DNA of 63,748 nt, counting the filler, from Chiloscyllium plagiosum (taxonomy: Eukaryota): NCBI RefSeq assembly GCF_004010195.1. It is 4 parts of one record of this genome, joined end to end, with 100 filler letters (N's around TTAATTAATTAA, not from the genome) between each part and the next. Parts side by side here need not be neighbours in the genome. Positions count along the whole stretch, not along the records: positions 1 to 29,453 come from NC_057712.1; positions 29,554 to 54,974 come from NC_057712.1; 2 more parts are not named here. One strand, written 5' to 3'. Under the pieces are notes generated by a model. The model was not told the DNA's origin. It saw nothing but the letters and a program-made list of their open reading frames with translations, and made no database searches. This document shows positions 24,620 to 37,914 of the stretch, piece by piece (position 1 is the stretch's first letter; each line of letters starts with the position of its first letter). The position numbers and the translations under genes are program-made.

Positions 24620-27560
24620 ACAGTAGACAATAGGTGTAGGAGAAGATCATACGGCCCTTTGAACGAGCACCACCATTCATTATGATCATGGCTAATCATC
24701 TGCAATCAGTATCTTGTTCCTGCCTGATCCCCATAACCCTTGATTCCACTATCTTTAAGTGCTCTATCCATCTCTTTCTTGAAAGTATCCAGAGACTTGG
24801 CCTCCCCTGCCTTCTGGGGCAGAGCATTCCACATTCTGGGCCTCTTGCTGAGATATTTGTATCATCGATAGTCACAGGTGAGGTGCCGGTAGACTGGAGG
24901 TTGGCTAACGTGGTGCCACTGTTTAAGAAGGGTGGTAAGGACAAGTCAGGGAGCTATAGACCAGTGAGCCTGACGTTGGTGGTGGGCAAGTTGTTGGAGG
25001 GAATCCTGAGGGACAGGATGTATATGTATTTGGAAAGGCAAGGACTGATTCGGGATAGTCAACATGGCTTTGTGTGTGGGAAATCATGTCTCACAAACTT
25101 GATTGAGTTTTTTGAAGAAGTAACAAAGAGGATTGATGAGGGCAGAGTGGTAAATGTGATCTATATGGACTTCAGTAAGGCATTTCTTGACCAGATGGGC
25201 CAATGGGCTGAGAAGTGGCAGATGGAGTTTAATTCAGATAAATGTGAGGTGCTGCATTTTGGGAAAGCAAATCTAGCAGGACTTATACACTTAATGGTAA
25301 GGTCCTAGGGAGTGTTGCTGAACAATGAGACCTTGGAGTGCAGGTTCATAGCTCCTTGAAAGTGGAGTCACAGGTAGGTAGGATAGTGAAGAAGGCGTTT
25401 GGTATGCTTTTCTTTATTGGTTAGAGCATTGAGTACAGGAGTTGGGAGGTCATGTTGCGGCTCTACAGGACATTGGTTAGGCCACAGTTGGAATATTGTG
25501 TGCAATTCTGGTCTCCTTCCTATCGGAAAGATGTTGTGAAACTTGAAAGGGTTCAGAAAAGATTTACAAGGATGTTGCCAGGGTTGGAGGATTTGGGCTA
25601 TCGAGAGAGGCTGAACAGGCTGGGGCTGTTTTCTCTGGAGCATCGGAGGCTGAGAGGTGATCTTAGAGGTTTACAAAATTATGAGCGGTATGGATAGAAT
25701 AAATAGGAAAGTCTTTTCCCTGGGGTCAGGGAGTCCAGAACTAGAGGGCATAGGTTTAGGATGAGAGGGGAAAGATATAAAAGAGACCTACAGGGCAACT
25801 TTTTCACACAGAGGGTGGTACGTGTATGGAATGAGCTGTCAGAGGAAGTGATGGAGGCTGGTACAATTGCAATATTTAAGAGGCATTTGGATGGGTAATG
25901 TGAACAGGAAAGGTTTGGAGGGATATCGGTTGGGTGCTGGCAGGTGGGACTAGATTGGGTTGGAATATCTGGTCGGCATGGACGGGTTAAACCGAAGGGT
26001 CTGTTTCCGTGGTCTACATCTCTATGACTCTGACTCTATGTGATAGGCCTGCCATTCTGGGGATTGACCTCGTGAACCAACACTGCACTCCCTCAATAGC
26101 CACAATGTCCTTCCTCAAATTTGGATACCAAAACTGCACACAATACTCCAGGTGCAATCTCACCAGGGCCCTGTACAGCCGCAGAAGGACCTCTTTGCTC
26201 CTATACTCAATTCCTCTTGTTATGAAAGCAAGCATGCCATTAGATGTCTTCACTATCTGCTTGCTTTAGTATTCCTGATGAAGGGCTTTTGTCCAAAACG
26301 TCGACTCCCCTGCTCCTTGGATGCTGCCTGAACTGCTGTGCTTTTCCAGCACCACTCTAATCTAGAATCTGGTTTCCAGCATCTGCAGTCCTTGTTTTTT
26401 CCTGATGTACAAGAACACCCAGATCTTGTTCTACTTCCCCTTTACCTAACTTGTCTCCATTTAGATTGGAATCTGCCTTTATGTTCTTGCCACCAAAGTG
26501 GATATCCACACATTTATCCACATTAAACTGCATCTGCCATGCATCTGTTCACTGACCTAGCCTGTCCAAGTCACCCTGTATTCTCCTAACATCGTTCTCA
26601 CATTTCACCCTGCCACCCAGCTTTGTGTCATCAGCAAATTTACTAATATTACTTTTAATGCCTTCATCTATATCGTTAATGTATATTGTAAACATCTGTG
26701 GTCCCAGCACCAAATTTTATGGTACCCTACTAGTTACCGCCTGCCATTCTGAAAGTGACCCGTTTATCACTATTCTTTGCTTCCTGTTAATCAGCCAATT
26801 TTCAATCCAAGTCAGTATTTTGCCCCAAATACCTTGTGCCCTAATTTTGCTCACTAATCTCCTATGTGGGACTTTATCCAAGGCTTTATGAAAGTACAGG
26901 TACACTACATCCACTGGCTCTCCCTTGTTCATCTTCACAGTTACATCCTCAAAAAATTCCAGAAAATTAGTCAAGCACAATTTTCCCTTCGTAAATCCAT
27001 ACTGACTCTGACCTATCCTGTTACTGCTATCCAAATGAGTTGTGATTTCATCTTTTATAACTCCAGCGTTGTTCCCACCATTGATGTCAGGCTAACCGGT
27101 CAAAAATTCCCAGTTTTTTCTCTCCCTCCCTTCTTGAAAAGTGGGACAACATTAGCCACCCTCCAATTCGCAGGAACTGATCCTGAATGGATAGAACATG
27201 GTAAAATGATTACTAATGTGTCCACCTCCTTAAGTACCGTGGGATGGAGACTGTCAGGTCCCGGGGAGTTATCAGCCTTCAGATCTAACAGTATATCCAA
27301 CACCATTTCCTCCCTGATATAAATTCCCTTCAGTTCATTCATTACCCTTAGTCCTTCAGCCACTATTACATCTGGGAGTTTGCTGGTGTCTTCCCCAGTG
27401 AAGACCAAAGTACCTATTCAACTCTTCTGCCATTTCCTGTTCTCCATAATAAATTCACCCGTTTCTGTCTTCAAGGGCCCAATTTTAGTCTTAACATTTT
27501 TTTTCTTTTCACATACCTAAAAAATCTCTTACTATCCTCCTTTATGTTTTTTGGCTAAGT
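24620..27560. mobile_element. Minus-strand CR1 interrupted by a younger, internally deleted plus-strand CR1 (about 24835-26040) and a PLE pseudo-LTR (26268-26402)
   Basis: WRLANVVPLFKKG...YRPVSLT...QHGF...DFSKAF joined directly to LDQMGQWAEKWQMEFN (deletion at about 25181); minus-strand QYGFTKG...KALDKVPH. Confidence 0.85.
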
Positions 27561-28765
27561 AGTAATGGCTTCAAGGCTCATTTGACCAAGTATAGTATCA
27601 AAGAATAAGGAGGAATAAGAGTGAAGTCATACCTACCACAAAGGAAGATAGTTGTGGTAGTTGGAATTTAATCATCTCTGCTCCAGATCATCTTTCAGGG
27701 GTTCCTTGTGGTTATGACTGAGGCCAAACCATCTTTAGCCTTTCAAATGTACAACCTTGGCCATCTGGTAGGGTGGGGACACCACAAAGTGTAAGTTCAC
27801 CTTCAAGTCGTACACAATCCTGACTTTGAACGTATTACCATTCCTTCTCGTTGCTGGGTAAAAATGCTGATTTCCTTCTCTGACAGCACTATGTATATAA
27901 ATACACGGCATGGCTTGCATGATTTACCATCACATTGTCAGTTAAGGAATGAGCAATAAATGCTGCATATGCAGGAATACTCAGATATGATGAACAAATT
28001 TAAAAATAACAAATCATTCCTCCAGTAGTAAGTCCAAATTTCTATCTTCACTAATTCAGAGTTTTGACTACAGTACGTCTCTCCACATTTGCTTGGAACT
28101 GCAGTTTCTAAATGCCCACTGTCTGCATTGTGCAACATTCACACAACCACAAATTCACCATTGCTGTTTTGTCCTAGCAAAATGTTTGTGTTCTCCTATC
28201 CCAGATTGTATGTCTGTCTGGTACAGCACTCCTCTTCAGTCTTTTAAGCCTAAAGGGCGCACACTTCAGTGAATGTGGCGCACAACTACCTTAGATATAC
28301 GTGGTTTGATTTGACTGGATCTTGCCAAGCAAATTGAGCCACATTGTCCTCTGACAAACCAGGCACATCCGAATGAGAACATCTTGGATAACTGGGATAG
28401 CCCCTGGCATTTTCTCTCCTTACTAATCTTTATGTCTGCCATCTTCAGCCTCATCCTTAACAAGCATGAGAATCTCATGAACTAGTTTACTACTAAGAAT
28501 GAAACTGTTGGATGTTCCTGTTGTGCTAACCTTTGCTAAAACCCATTTTATCCTCTCCTGCCTAAGTACCTAATACCACATATTTTGCTTTTGTGTTTGT
28601 TCATGTCTATCATAAATGCAACAGTTTTTTTTTCTTTTTTCCTTCTGAGTTCACCTTGTCCATGAAAGCCCGGTGTTCTCTCATGACCCCCAGCCCCACC
28701 CAATTGCTTGTCATCATGTCCCCTGCCCTGTTCTTGGTTGGTTGGCTTTGTAAATAATGTTCAAG

Positions 28766-29453
28766 GAGAAAGTGAGGGCTGGAGATCAGAGTTGTTGCTG
28801 GAAAAGCGCAGCAGTTCAGGCAGCATCCAAGGATCAGGAGAATCGACGTTTCGGGCATGAAATCTTCTTCGGGAATAAGGAAAGTGTGTCCAGCAGGCTA
28901 ACGTAAAAGGTAGGGAGGAGGGACTTGGGGGAGGGGCATTGTAAATGCGATAGGTGGAAGGAGGTCAAGGTGAGGGTGATAGGTCGGAGTGGGGGTGGGG
29001 GCGGAGAGGTCTGGAAGAAGATTGCAGGTTAGGAAGGCAGTGCTGAGTTCGAGGGTTAGGACTGAGACAAGATGGGGGGAGGGGAAATGAGGAAACTGGA
29101 GAAATCTGAGTTCATCCCTTGTGGTTGGAGAGTTCCTAGGCGGAAGACGAGGTGCTCTTCCTCCAGCCGTCGTGTTGCTATGGTCTGGCGATGGAGGAGT
29201 CCAAGGACCTGCATGTCCTTGGTATAGTGGGAGGGGGATTTGAAGTGTTGAGCCACAGGGTGGTTGGGTTGGTTGGTCCGGGTATCCCAGAGGTGTTCTC
29301 TGAAACGTTCCGCAAGTAGGCGGCCTGTCTCCCCAATATAGAGGAGGCCACATCGGGTGTAGCGGATGCAGTAAATGATGCGTGTGGAGGTGCAGGTGAA
29401 TTTGTGGCAGATATGGAAGGATCCCTTGGGGCCTTGGAGGGAAGTAAGGGGGG
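28766..29453 (-). mobile_element. PLE (Neptune type): GIY-YIG region plus pseudo-LTR, truncated by a gap
   Basis: FTCTSTRIIYCIR...CGLLYIGETGRLLAERFREH...VAQHF...LEEEHLVFRLGTLQPQGMN. Degenerate hammerhead at about 28842-28875. Confidence 0.9.
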
Positions 29454-29553
29454 NNNNNNNNNNNNNNNNNNNNNNNNNNNNNNNNNNNNNNNNNNNNTTA
29501 ATTAATTAANNNNNNNNNNNNNNNNNNNNNNNNNNNNNNNNNNNNNNNNNNNN
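29454..29553. other. Assembly linker: 44 N + TTAATTAATTAA + 44 N
   Basis: The same 100-nt block occurs three times; the 12-mer has stop codons in all six frames. Confidence 0.97.
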
Positions 29554-30219
29554 AGAGTAAAGGTCACTGAATTGTGGTCACTGTCCCCAAAGTGCTCACC
29601 CATCTCTAATTCTAACACCTGGCCTGGTTCGTTACCCAGAACCAAATCCAGTATGGCCTCACCTCTTGTTGGCCTATCTATATATTGTGTCAGGAAACCT
29701 TCCTGCACACATTGGACAAACACTGACCCATCTAACGAACTTGAGCTATAGCTTTCCCAATCAATATCAGGAAAGTTAAAGTCCCCCATAACAACCACCC
29801 TATTACTTTCACTCTTCTCTTGAATCATCCTCGCAATCCTTTCTCAAATTAACTTTGGCAATTTGTCAATCCAAAAGATAATCTAGCAGACCCCACTGCT
29901 CCCTAGAGTCAGCTGTCAGTTTGTCACTGAAAATGAAAAGCAAATCATTGAAGTCATTGCCCATTGCAGTTGTTTGATTAGCAAAATAAAGACAGGAGTT
30001 TCATGGTGAATGGTAGGGCCTTAAGGAGTGTAGTGGGGCATTGGGAGTTCAGGTGCATGGTTTTCTGAAAATGGAGTTATATATAGGTAGACAGGACAGT
30101 GAAGGTGGCTTTTGGCACACTTGCCTTGATCAGTCAGGGAACTGAGTAGGGAAGTTATGTTGCAGTTGTACAGGATGTTGGTGAGGCTACACATGGAGTA
30201 TTGTTCAGTTTTTTTTTGG

Positions 30220-30502
30220 TTTCCCTACAGTATGAAAACAGACCCTTTGGCCCAACCAGTCCACACTGACCCTCCGAAGAGTAACCTACCCAGACCCATT
30301 CCCCCTAACTAATGCACCTAACTCTACGGGCGATTTAGCATGACCGATTCACCTTTGGACTGTGGGAGGAAACTGGAGCACCCGGAGGAAACCCATGCAG
30401 ACACTGGAGAATGTGCAAACTCCACACAGACAGTCGCCTGAGGCTAGAATCAAACCTGGGTCCCTGGCGCTGTGAGGCAGCAGTGCTAACCACTGAGCCA
30501 CT
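30220..30502 (-). mobile_element. HE1-type V-SINE
   Basis: V-domain and tRNA-like head. Confidence 0.85.
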
Positions 30503-30523
30503 GCTTTAGTCACCTTGTTATAG

Positions 30524-31980
30524 AGTCATAGAGATGTACAGCATGGAAACAGACCCTACAGTCCAACCTGTCCATGCCGACCCATTCTAGTCCCACCTGC
30601 CAGCATCCAGCCCATATCCCTCCAAATCCTTCCTATTCATATACCCATCCAAATGCCTCTTAAATGTTGCAATTGTACCAGCCTCCACCATATCCTCTGG
30701 CAACTCATTCCATACACGTACCACCCTCTGCATGAAAAGGTTGCCCCATACCTCTCTTTTATATTTTTCCCCTCTCACCCTAAACCTATGCCCTCTAGTT
30801 CTAGACTCCCCAACCCCAGGGAAAAGACTTTGTCTATTTATCCTATCCATGCCCCTCATAATTTTGTAAACCTCTATAAGGTCACCCCTCAGCCTCCGAC
30901 GCTCCAGGGAAAACAGCCCCAGCTTGTTCAGCCTCTCCCTGTAGCTCAGATCCTCTAACCCAGGCAACATCCTTGTAAATCTTTTCTGAACCCTTTCACG
31001 TTTCACAACATCTTTCCGATAGGAAGGAGACCAGAATTGCATGCAATATTCCAACAGTGGCCGAACCAATGTCCTGTACAGCCACAACATGACCTCCCAA
31101 ATCCTGTACTCAATACTCTGACCAATAAAGGAAAGCATACCAAAATGCCTTCTTCACTATCCTATCTACCTGCGACGCCACTTTCAAGGAGCTATGAGCC
31201 TGCACTCCAAGGTCTCTTTGTTCAGCAACACTCCCTAGGACCTTACCATTAAGTGTAAAAGTGCTGCTAAGATTTGCTTTCCCAAAACGCAGCACCTCGC
31301 ATTTATCTGAATTAAACTCCATCTGCCACTTCTCAGCCCATTGGCCTATCTGGTCAATATCCTGTTGTAATCTGAGGTAACCCTCTTCACTGTTTACTAC
31401 ACCTCCAATTTTGGTGTCATCTGCAAACTTACTAACTCTTATGCTCACATCTAAATCATTTATGTAAATGACAAAAAGTAGAGGGCCCAGCACCGATTCT
31501 TGTGGCACTCCACCAGTCGCAGGCCACCAGTCTGAAAAACAATCCTCCACCACCCTCTGTCTTCTACCTTTGAGCCAGTTCTGTATCCAAATGGCTAGTT
31601 CTCCCTATATTCTGTGAGATCAAACCTTGCTAATCAGTCTCCCGTAGGGAACCTTGTCGAACGCCTTACTGAAGTCCATATAGATCACATCTACTGCTCT
31701 GCCCTCATCAATCTTCTTTGTTACTTCAAAAAACTCAATCACGTTTGCGAGACATGATTTCCCATGCACAAAGCCATGTTGACTATCCCGAATCAGTCCT
31801 TGCATTTCCAAATACATGTACATTCTGTCCCTCAGGATTCCCTCCAACAACTTGCCCACCACCGAGGTCAGGCTCACCGGTCTATAGTTCCCTTTGTCTT
31901 TACCGCCCTTCTTAAACAGTGGCACCACGTTTGCCAACCTCCAGTCTTCCGGCACCTCACCTGTGACTATCAATGATATA
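30524..31980 (-). mobile_element. Relatively young 5'-truncated CR1 (HER1-like) RT copy
   Basis: ORFs 31620-31973, 31110-31553 and 30587-31138 form one frameshifted RT. Target-site duplication (TSD) tgttatag at 30516-30523 and 31989-31996. Confidence 0.92.
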
Positions 31981-32264
31981 GATATATATGTTATAGGATG
32001 GACGTGATTAAATTGGAAAGAATGTAGAAGAAATTTACAGGGATGTTACCAGAACTCAAGGTTCTGAGTTATAGGGAGGTTGGACAAACTAGGATTTCTT
32101 ACTTTAGAGCAAAGGAGACTGAGGGGGATCTTATAGGAGTGTATAAGACTGAGAGTCATGGATAGGGTATATGTACTCAAACCTTTTTACCAGGGTTGAG
32201 GAATCGAGGACTTGAGGGCATCAGTTTAAGGTTTGAGAGGAATCATAGGTATGAGGGGGGCAAA

Positions 32265-34105
32265 CCCTCCACTGGTTAGAGTCATACCTGGCACAAAGAT
32301 GGCTGTGGTTGTGGAGGGTCAGTCACCTCAGCTCCAGGTCAGGTCTGCAGGGGTCCCTCAGGTTAATGTCCTCGGCCCAAAAATCTTCAGCTGCTTCATC
32401 GATGACCTTCCCTTTGTCATAAGGTCAGAGTGGGGATGTTCACTGATGATTACACACTGTACAGCACCATTCGTGAATCCTCAGATACTGAAGCAGTCTG
32501 TTCTCACATGGAACAAGATATGGACAATATCCAGGCTTGGTTGACAAGTTGCAAATAACATTTACGCTACACAAATTCCACACAATGACCATTACCAATA
32601 AGAGACACTCTAAACGCCGCCGCTTACGTTTAGCGGTATTACCATCACTGAATCCCTCACTATCAATATCCTTGGGTTACTACTGACCAGAAACTCAACT
32701 TGACTCATCACATAAACACAGTGGCTACAAGAGCAGGTCAGAGACTAGGAATATTGCAGTGACTAACCCCCCTCCTGACACCCCAAAGTCTATTCACCAT
32801 CTACAAGGCACAAGTCAGGAGTGTGATGGAATGCGCCCCACCTGCCTGAATGGGTGCAGCTCCAACAACACTCAAGAAGCTTGACACCATCTAGGACAAA
32901 GCAATCCGCTTGATTATCATCACATCTACAAAACATTTAAACCCTCCACCACCAGCGCTCTGTGGCAGCAGTGTGTATTATCTACAAGATGCACTGCAGT
33001 AATACACCAAAGACTCTTAGACAGCACCTTGCAAATGCACGACCACTTCCATCTGGAAGGACAAGGGCAACAGGTACTTGGGAACATCACGGTAAAAACA
33101 ATGACTGCAGATGCTGGAAACCAGACTCTAGATTAGAGTGGTGCTGGAAAAGCACAGCAGTTCAGGCAGTATCCGGGGAGCAGTAAAATCGACGTTTTGG
33201 GCAAAAGCCCTTCATCAGGAATACAGGCAGAGAGCCTGAAGGGTGGAGAGATAAATGAGAGGAGGGTGGGTGTGGGGAGAAAGTAGCATAGAGTACAATA
33301 GGTGAGTGGGAGAGGGGATGAAGGTGATAGGTCGGGGGAGGGTGGAGGGGATAGGTGGAAAAGATAGGTGGCAGGTAGGTCAGTGCTGAGCTGGAAGTTT
33401 AGAACTAGGGTGAGGTGGGGGAAGGGGAAAATGAGGAAACTGTTGAAGTCCACATTGATGCCCTGGGGTTGAAGTGTTCCGAGGCGGAAGATGAGGCGTT
33501 CTTCCTCCANNNNNNNNNNNNNNNNNNNNNNNNNNNNNNNNNNNNNNNNNNNNNNNNNNNNNNNNNNNNNNNNNNNNNNNNNNNNNNNNNNNNNNNNNNN
33601 TTCATCCCCTCCCCCACTCACCTATTGTACTCTATGCTACTTTCTCCCCATCCCCACCCTCCTCTCATTTATCTCTCCACATTCAAGCTCTCCGCCTGTA
33701 TTCCTGATGAAGGGCTTTTGCCCAAAACGTCGATTTTACTGCTCCCCGGATGCTGCCTGAACTGCTGTGCTTTTCCAGCACCACTCTATTTTCCAGCACC
33801 ACTCTAATCTAGAGTCTGGTTTCCAGCATCTGCAGTCATTGTTTTTACCTTGGGAACACCACCACCTGCAAGTTCCCCTCCAAGCCACTCACCACCCTGA
33901 CTTGGAAATATACCACCGTTTCTTCACAGTTGTTGGGTCAACTGTAGGAATTCCCTCCCTACCAGCATTTTGGGTCAACCCACAGCAAATCGACTGCAGC
34001 GAATCAAGAATTCAGCTCACCACCAGCTTCTCAAGGGTAAATAGAGATGAGTTATCAATGCTGGCCAGCCTGCAACGTCAAGTCTCACAAATGAATTTTT
34101 AAAAA
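32265..34105 (+). mobile_element. Distinct CR1-group LINE (Zenon-like) 3' portion
   Basis: AGVPQVNVLGP...FIDDL and YKAQVRSVME, with an A-rich end. Related pieces at about 27635-27990 (+), 14040-14280 (-) and 21900-22085 (-). Confidence 0.6.
33091..33849. mobile_element. PLE with long inverted pseudo-LTR arms (internal 91-N gap at 33510-33600)
   Basis: Ends are ggtaaaaacaatgactgcag and ctgcagtcattgtttttacc. Minus strand gives EEERLIFRLGTLQPQGINVDF. Flanks are ttgggaacatcac (33078-33090) and ttgggaacaccac (33850-33862). Confidence 0.85.
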
Positions 34106-34154
34106 AGGGAGCCTGAGGAGCAACTTTTTTTAACACAGAGTGGTACACATCAAG

Positions 34155-34473
34155 GAATCCCTACAGTGTCCAAACCAGCCCTTCGGCCCAACAAGCCCAC
34201 GCCAACCCTCCGAGCAGTATCCCACCCAAACCCATTCCTCTATATTTACCCCTGATTCATGCACTTGAATTACACATCCCTGAAAACTATGGGCAATTTA
34301 GCATAGCCAATTTACCTAACCTGCACTTCTTTGGATTGTAGGAGGAAACTGGAGCACACCGACACTGGGAGAATGTGCAAACTCCATACAGACCGTCACC
34401 CAAGGCTGGAATTGAACCTGGGTCTCTGGCACTGTGAGGCAGCAGTGCTAACTGCTGAGCCACCATGCTGCCC
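34155..34473 (-). mobile_element. HE1-type V-SINE
   Basis: Head and V-domain. Confidence 0.85.
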
Positions 34474-35825
34474 TACATATGGAATGAGCTGCCAACAGAA
34501 GTGGTTGCGGCAGTTACATTAATGACACTTAAAGTGCATTTGGACAGATACATGGATAGGAAAGGTTTAGAAGGATATGAGCCAAGTGTAGGGAAATAGG
34601 GTTAGCATGGAGGGACATTTTGGTCAACATGGACCAGTTTGGGCTTAAGGACCTGCCTCCATGCAGTAGGACTCTGACATTTTGACTCTTTATGACATAG
34701 TAACTGAATAACTTTGTATTTTAGAGCACATCTTCATCTGATCAACACATTCACATGTGACTACTCATCGTAACATCTTGTTGCTTGTGAGTGTGACTCA
34801 TTCTTTCATACACCTTTCAATGTAACCTGAATAGTGTTCTACCTTCAGGTTAAGTATGCTACAATAAAATCAGTAATTAGACAATTAAAAGTATTAATGA
34901 TAAGAGTATTATGACTATTCACACTTACAAAACAACATTCCTTGGTGAAAGAGACCCACATATCTGATAAAGTTCACTGTAGACTGATCAATGGTGATGC
35001 TTGCTTGTTACTGAGTAAAGCAGACTGGAAAGAAACTGGCATGAGATCCGGGATTGTAAGAAGCTGTACAGATGGAATGGATTCAGTTAATCCAGGATGG
35101 AACCTTTGTCCTAGTGTGTCGGATAAATTTAAAACCAGTAATTTAGTAGGGGAGGATCCAGAAGAATCCACAAAGCAGCCTAAATATTGAAAAGAGGACA
35201 GGTTAACATAGGAAAGAATTAAGTAAGGGATTATATATATTCGAACACACGATTGTGGTGGACCCAGGGACACTGACTGAGTTTGAGGTAGTTAATCTAA
35301 GTGGCGTGACTGCCTCCTTTAACACAACATACAAGTAACTGTCCTCCTCCCTGATGTATTTCAGTGTTCAAAGTTCAAACTCCAGTTCCTCAAGCAACCA
35401 CAATCCTTTAGCTGTTTGTCGAGAACAGTTTTTAGTGTATGAATGAATGAATTCTTTTTTTTTGATTTTTGATTCTGCTCTTATACGTAAGTAATCCCTT
35501 GCAGATCTTCATATTATTTTAGGTTGGCACAAATTGAAGAAAGCCTTTGTTGGAAATGATTAGAAACACTGTACTTTGGTGGATGGGTTTGGGTGGGATG
35601 CTGTTTGGAGGATTGTTGCAGACTCAATGGGTCAAATGACCTCTTGCTGCACTGTAGGCATTCTTTGATTCTGTTCTGTGACTCCTGTCACTGCTGTCCT
35701 CCCTCAACAGCGCACCCTGCTGTGAAGGTCCCAGAGGACTGCTCCAGCTGCCCTCACTCACCAGTCTTCTTGGGAATCCCAGCTGGGTAAAAAAAATACA
35801 ATTCCAGCCTTATGTTGTGCTTTAA

Positions 35826-36018
35826 ATAAAAACAGAAAGTGCTGAAGAAATTCAGCAGGTATAACAACAAAACAGTTAACATATCAAGTTCAGTATGACT
35901 CTGGTTCAGAACTAAATTCCTGGTTATATTGGATTAAAATATTAATTCTTTTTCTCTCTACACAGATGCTGCCAGACCTGTTGAGTTTCTCCATTATCCT
36001 CAGTATTTTGCTTTTACT
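35826..36018. mobile_element. Older palindromic PLE pseudo-LTR insertion
   Basis: The arm gctgaagaaattcagcaggt is inverted relative to acctgttgagtttctccatt. Confidence 0.55.
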
Positions 36019-37039
36019 TTATTGTGCCTTGGTAGGCTTGTGTAAATGTAGGAAAGTTTGTCAAATTTTATTGCCCTCATTGGAACATTTTAAGCTGGAA
36101 GCAGTGACTGCTGTTGAGTTCTCTGCATTAATTTCAAAAGCCTGCACTCAGAACCAGTTGGGAATTTCATTCAGTTTTTTCTCTCATTATGTGTATATTC
36201 TTTTCTCTCTCTGTCTTCCTTAATTTGTATGTTTATTTGTCTCCTGAGAGAAGTTTATTCTGCTCTGTGTCCATGCCTAAGTATGGAAGAATCCTGACCT
36301 TGGTTTAGGAGTTGAAGATCCTTTCTGTATCTTTCCCCTCATAGTTTTACCCCTGGATTCTTCCTGAGTGCCAACACAAAATTTTCTTCCACATTTGCCC
36401 CAGTTCACAGGTGCATAGTTAAGGATGATATTTCTTCTTATTTTGGACTCCAAAAAAAACCCCAACTGCTAGTAAGGTACTTAACCGTTTGGTACTTTCT
36501 ATTTCCATGTAAGGAAACATGATTCCTCAATCTTTCATTTATAATAATATGAAAGACGGCAATGCCTATGATGTGTTTCTGTTTAAAGTTTATTGCTGCA
36601 ATTATAAAGGAGGAAAGATGTTGGTGTGGAGCAGGAATAGTCTAATAATAACAAAAAAGACAAATGAGATGTTAAATATAAGTCTCAAATGAATGATACA
36701 AAGAGGCAATGTGGGTTTGTGCAGATTAATCTGAGTCCGTGCCAAAAAGTAATGAAAACCACTGGTGCCAGATTTCAGTGCAACAGAATAAATCCAGATC
36801 TGATGTGATGAAAACCAGTATATGCCAATAAATCTTGCTCTGGTTTCATACAGGTTTCATACTGATTCATACAGTTTTCTCCCTCTTGGCCGTGAGACTT
36901 GACTAGAAAACTCTTTCTGGTGAGGATGCAATAGCTTGGTGATGTGACTCTGCTCCACAACACAAACATGACTATCATGCCATGTACACAAGGATCTGAA
37001 ATCACAAATCTAACTTTATTTCATTCATCCTCCCTCTAG

Positions 37040-37253
37040 GCGGTTACATCAACAATTCGAGAGCTATAAGGAACAGATCCGAAAAATTGGTGATGAAGCA
37101 CGCCGTTACCAGGGGGAGCATAAGGATGATACCCCAACCTGTGGGATCTGCCTCAAAACCAAGTTTGCTGATGGCTGCGGCCATATCTGCTCTTACTGCC
37201 AGACTAAATTCTGTGCTCGGTGTGGGGGTCGGGTTATGCTTCGCTCAAACAAT
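37040..37253 (+). CDS. RIMS1: Internal coding exon (214 nt) of a RIMS1-like gene: end of the Rab3-binding helix and most of the zinc finger
   Basis: Acceptor ...ttcatcctccctctAG and donor GTgagt. One phase base plus 71 codons give RLHQQFESYKEQIRKIGDEARRYQGEHKDDTPTCGICLKTKFADGCGHICSYCQTKFCARCGGRVMLRSNN. This closely matches RIM1alpha as I recall it and fits RIM2 less well. Confidence 0.93.
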
Positions 37254-37914
37254 GTGAGTATGCAAGGGAAATCTTTTTCAGCATTTATACTGTTCATCTT
37301 ATGGAACTGATGTTGCATCCTGATTTTGTAAATTTTTTTTATTAGGGAGCAAGGCACAGACCCTGTCCCTCCATTTAAAAACTATCAAAACTTAATAGGA
37401 TACATTTCCCTTGTATTGAAACAAATGTGTTCTTTATACTTTCTTAAGCCACTTTCTAAAATGAGCGAAGTAATTGCACTCAGACTATGTTCAGAAAGAG
37501 GTTGTATTGTCTCCTCCATGCACCAGTAGATAGAATCTATCAGGACAGTGCCAGTGTAAGACAACCTCGAGTACCATACCATGAGTTCTTAGCCTCTGAC
37601 TTTATTTCCACATCTTCTCAGCCCTTCTAGTACTTTTGGTGTTGACACAGAAAATTCATTATTACACTGGGCATAAATTGAAAGAAGAGTTGATCAGAAG
37701 CCAGCCATGTGTCATTTGTGGTAAACTAGGGGTTGCTAAAGGTTCTGGTAAAACCTTCCAGGTTTAACCATAACACTGTAGCAATTTGGTTCTTAGCAAG
37801 CAATACAGAAGGATTAACATCCTAATATCCACTGTTCATGCATTAACCTGAAATTTGGGTTCAGGAGACAACAAAATATGCACCTGGCTTGTGTATGCAT
37901 TTCTTCTGCTAAGA

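Larger units (their letters stand above)
30000..34690 (+). mobile_element. CR1 3' fragment broken into at least five pieces by nested insertions
   Basis: Collinear pieces at about 30000-30210, 30505-30523, 31989-32260, 34106-34150 and 34475-34690. Confidence 0.7.

Noticed and set aside
29498..29509. TTAATTAATTAA palindrome, also at 55019-55030 and 60675-60686
   Set aside because: Always centred in 44+44 N; it is an artificial six-frame-stop contig linker.
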